From a virus (taxonomy: Duplodnaviria > Caudoviricetes): DNA of 64,000 nucleotides. The notes under the pieces are model-generated. The model ran no database searches, was not told the DNA's origin, and worked only from the letters and a program-made list of their open reading frames with translations. Positions 1 through 9,399 of this stretch are shown here, piece after piece. Numbering within the stretch: position 1 is the stretch's first letter; each line of letters starts with the position of its first letter. The translations under genes were made by a program, and so were the position numbers. The stretch is taken from the IMG/VR virus record IMGVR_UViG_3300026077_000001; one strand, given 5' to 3'.

Positions 1-1365
1 ATTCCTGGCTTATATGATTGGGTGGTCAGTTTTGATCTCAACAGTCTATATCCTCATCTCATTATGCAGTACAACATTAGCCCAGAGACGCTTGTCGAAA
101 GAAGGCATCCCACCGCCAGTGTTGATGGACTGCTCAACCAAACTGTTTCTGTCGGAGGGGACTATGCTGTGTGTGCCAACGGAGCACAATACCGCAAAGA
201 CATCCACGGATTTCTCCCAGAGATGATGCAACGCATCTACGATGAGAGGACAATATATAAGAAGCGTATGCTTCATGCAAAGCAAGAGTATGAAACAAAA
301 CCAACAGACAAACTCAGACGAGACATTGCTAAGTTTAATAACATCCAAATGGCAAGAAAGATCCAACTTAACTCTGCCTACGGTGCTATCGGTAACCAAT
401 ACTTCAGGTATTACAATCTTGCGAACGCTGAGGCAATCACTCTATCAGGACAAGTCTCAATCCGATGGATAGAAAACAAGGTAAACAAATACCTAAACAA
501 TGTATTAAAAACTAACGAGAAAGATTATGTTATTGCTAGTGACACTGATAGTATTTACATCCATATGGGTCCTCTGGTACAAGCTGTATTCCCCAGTGGA
601 GAGAAGGACGATCAGAGTACACTTAGGTTCCTTAAAAAGGTGTGTGATGTGGAACTTGATCGCTATATTGAGAGTGCTTATCAAGAAATGGCAACCTATG
701 TAAATGCATACGAGCAGAAGATGGTCATGAAGCGAGAGAATATCGCTAACAAGGGTATCTGGACTGCTAAGAAAAGATATATTCTTAACGTATGGAATAG
801 TGAGGGTGTCCAGTATGAGAAACCTAAACTAAAGATGATGGGTATCGAAGCAGTTAAGTCTTCTACACCTGCACCATGTCGTGTCGCTATTAAAGAAGCA
901 CTCAATGTTATTATGACTGGTAGTGAGTCTGACACACAGAAATATATCAAGGACTTCCGTGAGAAGTTTGAAGCAATGCCACCAGAGGAAGTAGCATTCC
1001 CACGTGGTTGTAATAATATACAGAAGAATACATCTTCGGCCACTATCTATGGTAAGGGATGCCCTATGCATGTGCGTGGAGCGTTGTTGTACAACTTCCA
1101 CATTAAAAAGAATAAGTTGTACCACAAGTATCCTGTTATCCAAGAGGGTGAGAAGATTAAGTATCTTCATCTACGTACCCCAAACCGAATCAATGAGAAT
1201 ATTATCTCATTCTTTCAAACACTTCCCACCGAGTTTGGGCTTGACAATAGTATAGATTATGATTTACAATTTGAGAAGAGTTTCCTTGCTCCTCTTAAAG
1301 CAATCCTTGATACTATTGGGTGGGAAGCAGAGAAACGTCACACATTAGAGGCACTATGGTCTTAA
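1..1365 (+). CDS. gp43: DNA polymerase B family, T4 gp43-like (5'-truncated by window edge)
   Basis: Frame 1 open from nt 1; motifs SFDLNSLYP, KIQLNSAYG, ASDTDS, KKRY, KMMGIEAVKSSTP. Confidence 0.98.
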   Translation: MPGLYDWVVSFDLNSLYPHLIMQYNISPETLVERRHPTASVDGLLNQTVSVGGDYAVCANGAQYRKDIHGFLPEMMQRIYDERTIYKKRMLHAKQEYETKPTDKLRRDIAKFNNIQMARKIQLNSAYGAIGNQYFRYYNLANAEAITLSGQVSIRWIENKVNKYLNNVLKTNEKDYVIASDTDSIYIHMGPLVQAVFPSGEKDDQSTLRFLKKVCDVELDRYIESAYQEMATYVNAYEQKMVMKRENIANKGIWTAKKRYILNVWNSEGVQYEKPKLKMMGIEAVKSSTPAPCRVAIKEALNVIMTGSESDTQKYIKDFREKFEAMPPEEVAFPRGCNNIQKNTSSATIYGKGCPMHVRGALLYNFHIKKNKLYHKYPVIQEGEKIKYLHLRTPNRINENIISFFQTLPTEFGLDNSIDYDLQFEKSFLAPLKAILDTIGWEAEKRHTLEALWS

Positions 1366-1622
1366 TATCCTGTCCACCAGTCTATCATTTACCTGGCACA
1401 TGGACTAAATGTAAGGGAGCAGTCATCCCTCACTTCAATCTAACACCTGGTCAGGGGTTTGGTGTATTCATGGGTCTGTTAGTGGTAGCACTAATGATCT
1501 ATGGTCTCTACATGACCTTTGGTAGTGGTGGTAAAGATCTCAGAGATGAGATAGACGAGCATTCTAAGATGCATGAGTTAGGAATAGCACATGGACATAG
1601 CCCAAGAACGAAACACAAATAA
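1356..1622 (+). CDS. PsbN-like small membrane protein, copy 1
   Basis: One TM helix then [18 protein letters not shown], resembling PsbN YxxFG..LxDP.EH; ATG 1356 overlaps gp43 stop; paralog at 26783. Confidence 0.65.
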   Translation: MVLISCPPVYHLPGTWTKCKGAVIPHFNLTPGQGFGVFMGLLVVALMIYGLYMTFGSGGKDLRDEIDEHSKMHELGIAHGHSPRTKHK

Positions 1623-1624
1623 TT

Positions 1625-2632
1625 ATGAGTTTTCTAAAAGATATTGTCAAGGAGATAGACAATGAATACGCTAGTGTCGTTGCTGATGGTGTTGCTGCTG
1701 GCGATACAAGTGGTTATATCGACACGGGTTCATACATCTTTAACGCACTACTCAGTGGCTCCATCAAAGGTGGGGTTCCAGGAAACAAAATCTCTGCTAT
1801 TGCAGGTGAGTCATCAACAGGCAAAACTTTTTTCTGTCTTGGTATGGTTCAGTCTTTCCTCGAATCTAATCCTGATGCTGGGGTTATTTACTTTGAGTCT
1901 GAAAGTGCGATAAGTAGAGAGTTAATTGAGTCAAGAGGTATTGATTCCAATCGTATGGTATTGGTGCCAGTTAATACTGTCCAAGAGTTTAGGACACAAA
2001 GTATTAAGATTCTTGACAAATATTTGGAACAGAAGGAACAAAAGCCTATGCTTATGGTGTTAGACTCCCTTGGTATGTTGTCTACCTCCAAAGAGATGGA
2101 GGACTCCGAGCAAGGTAAAGAGACACGTGATATGACACGTGCTCAAGTAGTCAAGTCTATCTTCAGAGTGCTGACACTGAAGTTAGGAAAGGCAAACGTG
2201 CCTTTAATTGTGACTAACCATACATATGATGTGGTGGGTGCATATGTGCCGACCAAAGAGATGGGTGGAGGTAGTGGTCTCAAGTATGCTGCCAGTAACA
2301 TCATCTACCTTAGCAAGTCTAAGGAGAAGGATGGGAAGGAAGTAATTGGTAACATTATCAAAGCTAAATTGGTTAAGTCAAGGTCAGCAAAAGAAAATTC
2401 TCAAGTTGCAGTACGATTATTTTATGACGAACGTGGATTGGATCGCTATTACGGATTACTGGAGTTGGGTGAGAAGCACGGAGTTTTTGACCGCAAAGGA
2501 AATAGGATTGTTATCAATGGCGATACTGTTTTCCCTTCGGTCGTTTATAAGAATCCCGATAAATACTTCTCGTCCGAAATCCTACAAGCCCTAGACGAGT
2601 GTGCTGCTAAAGAATTCTCTTATGGAACTTAA
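1625..2632 (+). CDS. uvsX: UvsX RecA-like recombinase
   Basis: Walker [28 protein letters not shown]. Confidence 0.97.
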   Translation: MSFLKDIVKEIDNEYASVVADGVAAGDTSGYIDTGSYIFNALLSGSIKGGVPGNKISAIAGESSTGKTFFCLGMVQSFLESNPDAGVIYFESESAISRELIESRGIDSNRMVLVPVNTVQEFRTQSIKILDKYLEQKEQKPMLMVLDSLGMLSTSKEMEDSEQGKETRDMTRAQVVKSIFRVLTLKLGKANVPLIVTNHTYDVVGAYVPTKEMGGGSGLKYAASNIIYLSKSKEKDGKEVIGNIIKAKLVKSRSAKENSQVAVRLFYDERGLDRYYGLLELGEKHGVFDRKGNRIVINGDTVFPSVVYKNPDKYFSSEILQALDECAAKEFSYGT

Positions 2633-3182
2633 AGACTTTATCAAGGTCTACGATGACGTGCTAGACCTTAATCTATGCAGAAATGCTATTGATTTATTTG
2701 AGCATGACACCGAAGTAGTTACTCGTCAAGAAGTACAAGACTTCTGTAAGTTTAACATGTTAAACATGACAGAAGAGACTGAGACGAATAATAAAAAAGA
2801 TTGGACAGTAGTCCATACGCAGGCAATCTATGCTGTTAAACAGTATGGTGAGCAATACATGAAGGAGTTAGACTGTGAGTCATTTTGGCCTAAGGCAAAC
2901 TCCCTAGAGCAGATCAAGATGATTAAGTATGGTAGACAGGATTACTTCAAACGTCACATTGATGTGGGAGATTACCAGTCTGCACGAAGATTTCTTTCTT
3001 ATTTTATTTTCTTGAATGATGTTGTCGAAGGAGGAGAGTTAAAGTTTCCTCTCTTAGACTTGTCAATCCAACCCAAACGTGGTAGGGTTGTCTTATGTCC
3101 GTCCTCATGGCAGTATCCTCATGAATTTGGGGTGCCAAGTAACGACAGTTATATGATAACAACATATCTGCACTACAAATGA
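2622..3182 (+). CDS. 2OG-Fe(II) oxygenase (prolyl-hydroxylase-like)
   Basis: HID ... [12 protein letters not shown] ... YPH double-stranded beta-helix motifs; ATG 2622 preferred over GTG 2601. Confidence 0.85.
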   Translation: MELKDFIKVYDDVLDLNLCRNAIDLFEHDTEVVTRQEVQDFCKFNMLNMTEETETNNKKDWTVVHTQAIYAVKQYGEQYMKELDCESFWPKANSLEQIKMIKYGRQDYFKRHIDVGDYQSARRFLSYFIFLNDVVEGGELKFPLLDLSIQPKRGRVVLCPSSWQYPHEFGVPSNDSYMITTYLHYK

Positions 3183-4549
3183 CACTAAAGATTGAAGAGA
3201 TTACCCTTAGTAAACTTATCCTCAACGAGAGTTACTGTAGAAAGGTTATGCCTTTCATTAAGAGGGAATACTTTGATGGACATCCTAATGGTGTCTTGTT
3301 TGAAACATTAACAGAGTATGTAAGTAACTTTGATACCAACCCAGAGCCTAATGCTTTGAAGATTGAGGTTGAGAAGAGACGTGACATAACTGAGGATGTA
3401 TATAAGGACATTGAAAGGTTTCTTGATAACTTAGATAGAGACCAATATAATGAAGACTGGCTTGTAGATACCACTGAGAAGTGGTGTAAAGAGCGAGCAA
3501 TATATCTCGCACTGATGGAATCTGTACAGATTGCTGATGGGCAAGACAAAACACGCACAAAGGATGCAATTCCAAGCATCATGTCTGAGGCATTGGGTGT
3601 ATGTTTTGATGATCATGTAGGACACGATTACATACAGGACTCTGATGACAGATATGACTTCTATCACAAGAAGGAAGAGAAGGTTCCCTTTGATCTCGAT
3701 TATTTCAACAAGATTACCAAAGGTGGTTTACCTAACAAGACTCTTAATATCGCACTTGCTGGTACAGGTGTCGGGAAGTCTCTATTCATGTGCCACGTGG
3801 CTAGCTCCATGTTGCTCCAAGGGCGGAACGTACTCTACATTACAATGGAAATGGCAGAGGAGAAAATTGCTGAACGAGTTGATGCCAACCTCTTGGACAT
3901 CCCCATCCAACAACTCAACAGTCCCCTCCTCACAAAAGAAAAGTACTCCTCCAAGTTGCTTCAGTTAAAGAAGAAGACACAAGGTAAGTTAGTAATCAAA
4001 GAATATCCTACAGCGTCTGCACATGTAGGTCATTTTAAGGCACTCTTAAATGAATTGTCATTGAAGAAAGGTTTCAGTCCTGATGCTATCTTCGTTGACT
4101 ACCTAAACATCTGTGCATCAGCTAGATATAAAGGGACTATAGTTAATAGTTACACATATGTCAAAGCAATTGCGGAAGAACTCAGAGGATTGGCAGTGGA
4201 GTTCAATGTACCTATCATCTCTGCAACCCAAACAACTCGTAGTGGGTTTGCTAACAGTGATGTCGATCTTACTGATACCTCTGAGTCATTCGGTCTTCCC
4301 GCTACTGCTGACCTTATGTTTGCTCTTATCAGTACAGAAGATATGGAACAACTCGGACAAATAATGGTCAAGCAGTTGAAGAATAGGTATAATGATCCTA
4401 CAATGTATAAGCGTTTCGTCATAGGTATTGACAGAGCGAAGATGAGGCTGTATGATTGTGAGCAAGCAGCTCAGGATGACATCATCGATGCAGGTGATAT
4501 CGAACCTGTCACACAAACCAAGAATAAATTTGAGGGACTCAAAGTATAA
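3179..4549 (+). CDS. gp41: Replicative DNA helicase gp41
   Basis: AGTGVGKS Walker A, FVDYL, SATQTTR, KQLKNRY. Confidence 0.97.
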   Translation: MTLKIEEITLSKLILNESYCRKVMPFIKREYFDGHPNGVLFETLTEYVSNFDTNPEPNALKIEVEKRRDITEDVYKDIERFLDNLDRDQYNEDWLVDTTEKWCKERAIYLALMESVQIADGQDKTRTKDAIPSIMSEALGVCFDDHVGHDYIQDSDDRYDFYHKKEEKVPFDLDYFNKITKGGLPNKTLNIALAGTGVGKSLFMCHVASSMLLQGRNVLYITMEMAEEKIAERVDANLLDIPIQQLNSPLLTKEKYSSKLLQLKKKTQGKLVIKEYPTASAHVGHFKALLNELSLKKGFSPDAIFVDYLNICASARYKGTIVNSYTYVKAIAEELRGLAVEFNVPIISATQTTRSGFANSDVDLTDTSESFGLPATADLMFALISTEDMEQLGQIMVKQLKNRYNDPTMYKRFVIGIDRAKMRLYDCEQAAQDDIIDAGDIEPVTQTKNKFEGLKV

Positions 4550-5211
4550 TGGCAAAGAAATTTACCAATGAACCGCAAGGTAATGATGTGGAAGCAGCAG
4601 CAGAGAAGATTAACTCTGAAGCACGTGACCAGGTAGACAAAGCACAGAAAGATGTTGAGAAGATTAAGGAGGAAACTCCCCAGAAGATTGAAGACTTCGT
4701 TAATGACGACCGAATGGGTAGTGCTCCTAGGTCTAAAGGCATTGCTGCCGACAAGCTTAAAGATAGGGATAACAAGAAGGCAAAGAAGGGTAAGAAACAG
4801 GATAAATTTGAGATAGACCTAGACAACTACATGAAGTTTGTAGATAGGGTTACCTCTGATGCATCAAAAGATTACAATGCTTTGCTGTCTCGTTATGATG
4901 AGTTGCATAAAGCAGGTTGTAAGATTGAAAGACTAGACACTGCTGCATCTGGTATGGCATCAGAGGGTGGTGAGTTTATGGAGATTGTTAAGAAACTTAA
5001 GTTTCAAGGCAAACCATATGACAAGGCAACTAAAGAGCACCTAGAGAAAGAGTTGGGTGACATCATGTGGTATGTTGCACAAGCAGCACTAGCACTTGAC
5101 CTACGTCTTGATGAGGTTATCTATACCAACACTCTTAAGTTGGCAGCAAGATATCCTGGTGAGATGTTTAACGTCCACTACTCAGAAAATAGAGCACCTG
5201 GAGACATTTAA
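4549..5211 (+). CDS. mazG: MazG-like nucleotide pyrophosphohydrolase with ~85-aa charged N-terminal extension
   Basis: SEGGEFMEIVKK, ELGDIMWY, KLAARYP, SENR motifs of cyanophage MazG. Confidence 0.92.
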   Translation: MAKKFTNEPQGNDVEAAAEKINSEARDQVDKAQKDVEKIKEETPQKIEDFVNDDRMGSAPRSKGIAADKLKDRDNKKAKKGKKQDKFEIDLDNYMKFVDRVTSDASKDYNALLSRYDELHKAGCKIERLDTAASGMASEGGEFMEIVKKLKFQGKPYDKATKEHLEKELGDIMWYVAQAALALDLRLDEVIYTNTLKLAARYPGEMFNVHYSENRAPGDI

Positions 5212-5212
5212 A

Positions 5213-5347
5213 ATGGAACAACTTGATCTTGATAGAATTGCAACTGCACTTGAAAGAATTGCAGAGAAGCTAGACCATCTTCATATAGATGCTATAGATC
5301 ACAATCACGTTGAAGGTGATGTTAACACACACGCTAAAACTTGGTAA
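5213..5347 (+). CDS. Small hypothetical protein (44 aa)
   Basis: ATG 2 nt after mazG stop; stop overlaps next ATG. Confidence 0.6.
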   Translation: MEQLDLDRIATALERIAEKLDHLHIDAIDHNHVEGDVNTHAKTW

Positions 5348-5931
5348 TGAATTACATTCATAACAACTTAGGTGCACTTGAACCCCACGAGTGCACCTTT
5401 TTAATTAACTATTTTAAGCAGAACCCAGACAAACAAGTCGAAGGTCTTCTAGGATTTGGTGATTCTATGAGGGTATCTCCAGATGAGAAGAAGTGTACAG
5501 AGATATTTCTTTCATCAAATCTATTAATAGATCAGTTCATTTTTAAACCTGTTGCTAGGGTATTAAAAGAAACTTGTGAAGCATACATCAAAGAGTTTCC
5601 ATTCTTAGATAAGATAGGAGCGTGGCAAATAGCACCTAACTTTAAGATCCAACATTACAAACCAGGTGAAGGATACTTTAAAGAACATTGTGAGAATGAT
5701 GGTGGAACAGATGGTGATGCTGAGTATAGAGTTGTTGCTTGGATGATATATCTAAACACTGTTACTGATGGTGGAGAGACAGTATTCCCTACACAGAATG
5801 AACAGTTTAAACCTAACCGTGGTGATGTATTATTCTGGCCAGCATACTGGACACATCCACATCACGGAGTTGTATCCCCTTCACAAGATAAATATATCTT
5901 GACAGGTTGGTACAACTTTAGTGGCAGATAA
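5347..5931 (+). CDS. 2OG-Fe(II) oxygenase
   Basis: HCE, WMIYLN..GGET, HPHHG, KYILTGW. Confidence 0.88.
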   Translation: MNYIHNNLGALEPHECTFLINYFKQNPDKQVEGLLGFGDSMRVSPDEKKCTEIFLSSNLLIDQFIFKPVARVLKETCEAYIKEFPFLDKIGAWQIAPNFKIQHYKPGEGYFKEHCENDGGTDGDAEYRVVAWMIYLNTVTDGGETVFPTQNEQFKPNRGDVLFWPAYWTHPHHGVVSPSQDKYILTGWYNFSGR

Positions 5932-6931
5932 GGGAATTACAACACCATCAGCTCGATCTAGACTCATAGAAGATAATCCTGAGTGGAAATCTATTAGGCT
6001 GACATTACTTAAAAATACTTTGATGTATGATAAAACATCGAAGGAGGAGATTAAGTGTACTTGTAGGGAAGGTACTCAGGTCAAAATACAATCACCTAAA
6101 CTAGCTCAGTGTGGTCCAAACAAGAAGTCCAAGTGTGTACTAGCTAAGGTTGGTACTGCTGGACCTGGATATATTATGGTATCACATATACTTAAACCTG
6201 ATATAAAGACTAGGACTACTGATACTAAGAAAGCAGAACGAGCTGCTATGAAACAATTAGATAAAATATTAAAGGAGAAAGTTAAGTGTCTAGGAGAAGC
6301 AACAATATGTACACCTATAGGTAATATTGTAGGTGCTTGTGGTGTTGAAGAACTTAAAGGTACACCTAAAGCAGATTTTGCTATCGTAGATAAGAAGGGT
6401 AAGGAGATATTTTGGATATCACATAAGAAGACAGGTGGTGCAAAAGCATTTCAACAGTATGGTGGTGTGTCTAAGTCAGCAGGAAGGAAGATAGCAATGC
6501 ACGAACAAACACAGAACTTCTTACAACAGACTACTGCGTATGTAGATGATGATCAATTACAAGTACCAGTAATGAAGGAAATAAAGGATGAGAATTTAAT
6601 TCGTATGTCAGTGTTTGGTCCTGATGCAGATGGTAATAGTACAAAATTTGGTAAGAATAATTGTCACGTTTTAGGTCAAGGCAATGCAGTTATGACTTGG
6701 AAAGAAGATAACTGTTGGGATTTGAAATGGGAACATACTGTCTGGAACAATCGTAATGGTGTAGATGCTTTCACGAAAGGTGATGGTTATCAAGCAGTCT
6801 TTGGTGCTACCTTCCGTAAGGATAGAGGATTCACATATCTGGAACAGAAATATAAGGGTGCACGTGTGGGGATTTACCCAAAAGCATTGATGGAAGGTCG
6901 AACTAATGTTATAGTATTAAAGGACGCATAA
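5921..6931 (+). CDS. Putative PD-(D/E)XK restriction-endonuclease-like protein
   Basis: PKADFAIVD...WISHKK and FQQYGG resemble a PD..(D/E/S)xK core; no nearby methyltransferase. Confidence 0.5.
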   Translation: MADKGITTPSARSRLIEDNPEWKSIRLTLLKNTLMYDKTSKEEIKCTCREGTQVKIQSPKLAQCGPNKKSKCVLAKVGTAGPGYIMVSHILKPDIKTRTTDTKKAERAAMKQLDKILKEKVKCLGEATICTPIGNIVGACGVEELKGTPKADFAIVDKKGKEIFWISHKKTGGAKAFQQYGGVSKSAGRKIAMHEQTQNFLQQTTAYVDDDQLQVPVMKEIKDENLIRMSVFGPDADGNSTKFGKNNCHVLGQGNAVMTWKEDNCWDLKWEHTVWNNRNGVDAFTKGDGYQAVFGATFRKDRGFTYLEQKYKGARVGIYPKALMEGRTNVIVLKDA

Positions 6932-6935
6932 TAAT

Positions 6936-8132
6936 ATGGCTACTAAGAACACCCATCTCGAACACTTAGAAGATGACATCCTAAACCAAGGTTCCAAGGG
7001 TGGTAAGAATGCTATTGCTTTCCTGAAAGAACTAGGAAAGATGTTGACAGAACCCAAGAGTGCTATTACTGTCACTACTAAATGGGATGGAGCACCTGCT
7101 ATTGTATGTGGTGTCAATCCTGAGACAGAAGCGTTCTTTGTGGGAACTAAATCAGTATTCAATAAGACCAATCCTAAGATCATATATGTTGAGAGTGATA
7201 TAGAATTCCACGGTTATAGTGGTGAACTAGCAAAGAAATTAAAACTAGCATTGAAATATCTAAGTACACTTAAGATTAAGGGTGTACTACAGGGTGATAT
7301 GTTATTCAGTAATGGTGATAAGGTTAGGAAGCAAATAGATGGTAAGTCTTGTATTGCTTTCACACCTAATACTATTACCTATTGTGTAGAGAAAGGATCT
7401 GATATCTATAAGGAAGTTAATGCTGCAGAGTTTGGTATTGTATTCCATACAAAATACAGTGGTTCTGATATGGCATCTATGAATGCAGTATTGGGTGATG
7501 TTAGTGGGAGTTTTACTAAGACTGCTAAGGTATTCTCAGGTACTGCTACGTTCAAGGACGTGTCAGGACAGTCAACATTCACACCAAAAGAGAAGACTGC
7601 CTTCAATGCTCAGGTCAATAAGACACACGGATCATTGAAGCAAGCATCTAAGTTCTTAGATATACTTGGTGGCACAGGTGATGGTAGGTTTTTATTCTCT
7701 GCTCTATTCAAACAGTACTTTAACTCTTATGTGAGAACAGGTAAACCAATTACTAACGTACAAAAAGTAGCAGCAGGATTTGAAGGCTTCTATGTCACGC
7801 TATTAGATAAGCAAATTAATTCAGTTAAACAACCTACTACTAAAAAGAAATATCAAAAGATAAAAACAGACGGACAAAAGTTTTTAAAGCAGAATGCAAG
7901 GGCAGTTTATATGACTGTGGCATCCTATATGAACCTAATATCCGCAAAAAATATAGTTATTAAGAAACTTAATGCAGTAAAGAGCGTAGGCACCTATCTC
8001 AAGACTGACAAAGGGTTTAAGGTTACTTCTCCCGAAGGATTTGTGGCAATAAAATCAGGAAAAGCACTCAAACTTGTTGACCGAGTTGAATTTTCCCGTG
8101 CCAACTTCACAATAGAGAAGAACTGGGGGTGA
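6936..8132 (+). CDS. Conserved T4-like marine phage protein (DUF6267-like) with ligase-type nucleotidyltransferase motifs
   Basis: KWDG (motif I), QGDML (III), EGFVA (IV), KLVDR (V); no obvious OB domain. Confidence 0.65.
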   Translation: MATKNTHLEHLEDDILNQGSKGGKNAIAFLKELGKMLTEPKSAITVTTKWDGAPAIVCGVNPETEAFFVGTKSVFNKTNPKIIYVESDIEFHGYSGELAKKLKLALKYLSTLKIKGVLQGDMLFSNGDKVRKQIDGKSCIAFTPNTITYCVEKGSDIYKEVNAAEFGIVFHTKYSGSDMASMNAVLGDVSGSFTKTAKVFSGTATFKDVSGQSTFTPKEKTAFNAQVNKTHGSLKQASKFLDILGGTGDGRFLFSALFKQYFNSYVRTGKPITNVQKVAAGFEGFYVTLLDKQINSVKQPTTKKKYQKIKTDGQKFLKQNARAVYMTVASYMNLISAKNIVIKKLNAVKSVGTYLKTDKGFKVTSPEGFVAIKSGKALKLVDRVEFSRANFTIEKNWG

Positions 8133-8138
8133 TAAATA
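8132..8138 (+). promoter_or_regulatory. T4-type late promoter upstream of the cytidylyltransferase-like gene
   Basis: ATAAATA ~25 nt before ATG 8164. Confidence 0.6.
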
Positions 8139-8163
8139 ATAAACGACAACCAATTATATTGCG

Positions 8164-9378
8164 ATGAAGTTAAGTCAATTCTTATCTGAGGCACGTACTG
8201 TTGCAGGTGAAGCTGCAGCTAAAAGAGGACTTGCACACGCAGGTCACGGTTACTATGCTGACAGGGCAGGGAACATTGTTGCCAAGTCTGTTGGTGGTGA
8301 GCGTCTTGTAGCTGTAGATAAGAAAGAAGCAGAGGAAGCTACTGTAGGATCAGCACAAGGTGAGGCAGAAGATGCACATCTTCCTGAGAAAGGTGGTGAA
8401 GGTCTAGGACATATCGCATTAACATTTGGTCGTTTTAATCCTCCTACTATTGGACACGAAGCACTCTTAGATAAGGTTGCATCTGAAGGTGCTGATAATT
8501 ACAGGATCTATCCTAGTAGGACAGTGGATAGGAAATCTAATCCACTAGAACCAGAAACAAAGATTCAGTATATGCAATCGATGTTTAAAGAACATTCAGA
8601 AGCCATCGTTAACGATGCTGATATGTCAAACATCTTTAACGTACTGTCTACTCTCAATCAAGAGGGTTATTCTGGTGTCACTATGGTTGTTGGTTCTGAT
8701 CGTGTGTCAGAATTCAAAGGACTTCTTGAGAAATATAATGGTGTTGCATACGAATTCGAAGAACTCGAAGTAGTATCAGGTGGGCAGAGAGATCCCGATG
8801 CCGAAGGTGTTGAGGGTATGTCTGCATCTAAAATGCGTGCGTTTGCTGCTGAAGGAAACCTTGAATCATTTGAACAGGGGTTACCTAAAGGGTTTAGTGA
8901 CGCTAAGAAATTAATGAAAGAAGTTCGTATTGGAATGGGTCTACCACCAGAGGTAGAAGTTGAAGCAATTGAAACTGAACCTAAGAAGAAAAAGGTTACA
9001 GAACTCTGGAAGATTGCACCTAAACTTGCTCAAGAAGATTTGCGTGAAGCATATATATCAGAGCAGGTATTCAGTATCGGTACTTTAGTAGAGCATACAG
9101 ATACTGGTGTCCGTGGTGAAGTGGTACAACGTGGAACTAACTACGCTACCTTTAAAGATGAGCACGGATGGGAATTTAAAGTATGGTTAACTAGTTTAAC
9201 AGAAGTTGCAGATGCTTCAATCAAAAGAGATGACCAATCAAACTTCTCTGCTGATGATGGATCAGGCAACACTTGGAAAGTCGGTACTGATGAGTATAGA
9301 CAAGCAGTTCAAGCACTAACACCTGGTCAAGGTGTAGTGAAGTTCAGTCATTTCCGAAAACAAACCCCTACTAAATAG
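8164..9378 (+). CDS. HxGH-family nucleotidyltransferase (cyanophage 'cytidyltransferase'), extra C-terminal domain
   Basis: FGRFNPPTIGH, VGSDR, SASKMR; N-terminus MKLSQFLSEA. Confidence 0.88.
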   Translation: MKLSQFLSEARTVAGEAAAKRGLAHAGHGYYADRAGNIVAKSVGGERLVAVDKKEAEEATVGSAQGEAEDAHLPEKGGEGLGHIALTFGRFNPPTIGHEALLDKVASEGADNYRIYPSRTVDRKSNPLEPETKIQYMQSMFKEHSEAIVNDADMSNIFNVLSTLNQEGYSGVTMVVGSDRVSEFKGLLEKYNGVAYEFEELEVVSGGQRDPDAEGVEGMSASKMRAFAAEGNLESFEQGLPKGFSDAKKLMKEVRIGMGLPPEVEVEAIETEPKKKKVTELWKIAPKLAQEDLREAYISEQVFSIGTLVEHTDTGVRGEVVQRGTNYATFKDEHGWEFKVWLTSLTEVADASIKRDDQSNFSADDGSGNTWKVGTDEYRQAVQALTPGQGVVKFSHFRKQTPTK

Positions 9379-9399
9379 TAATTACAAAGAATTAGTCAG

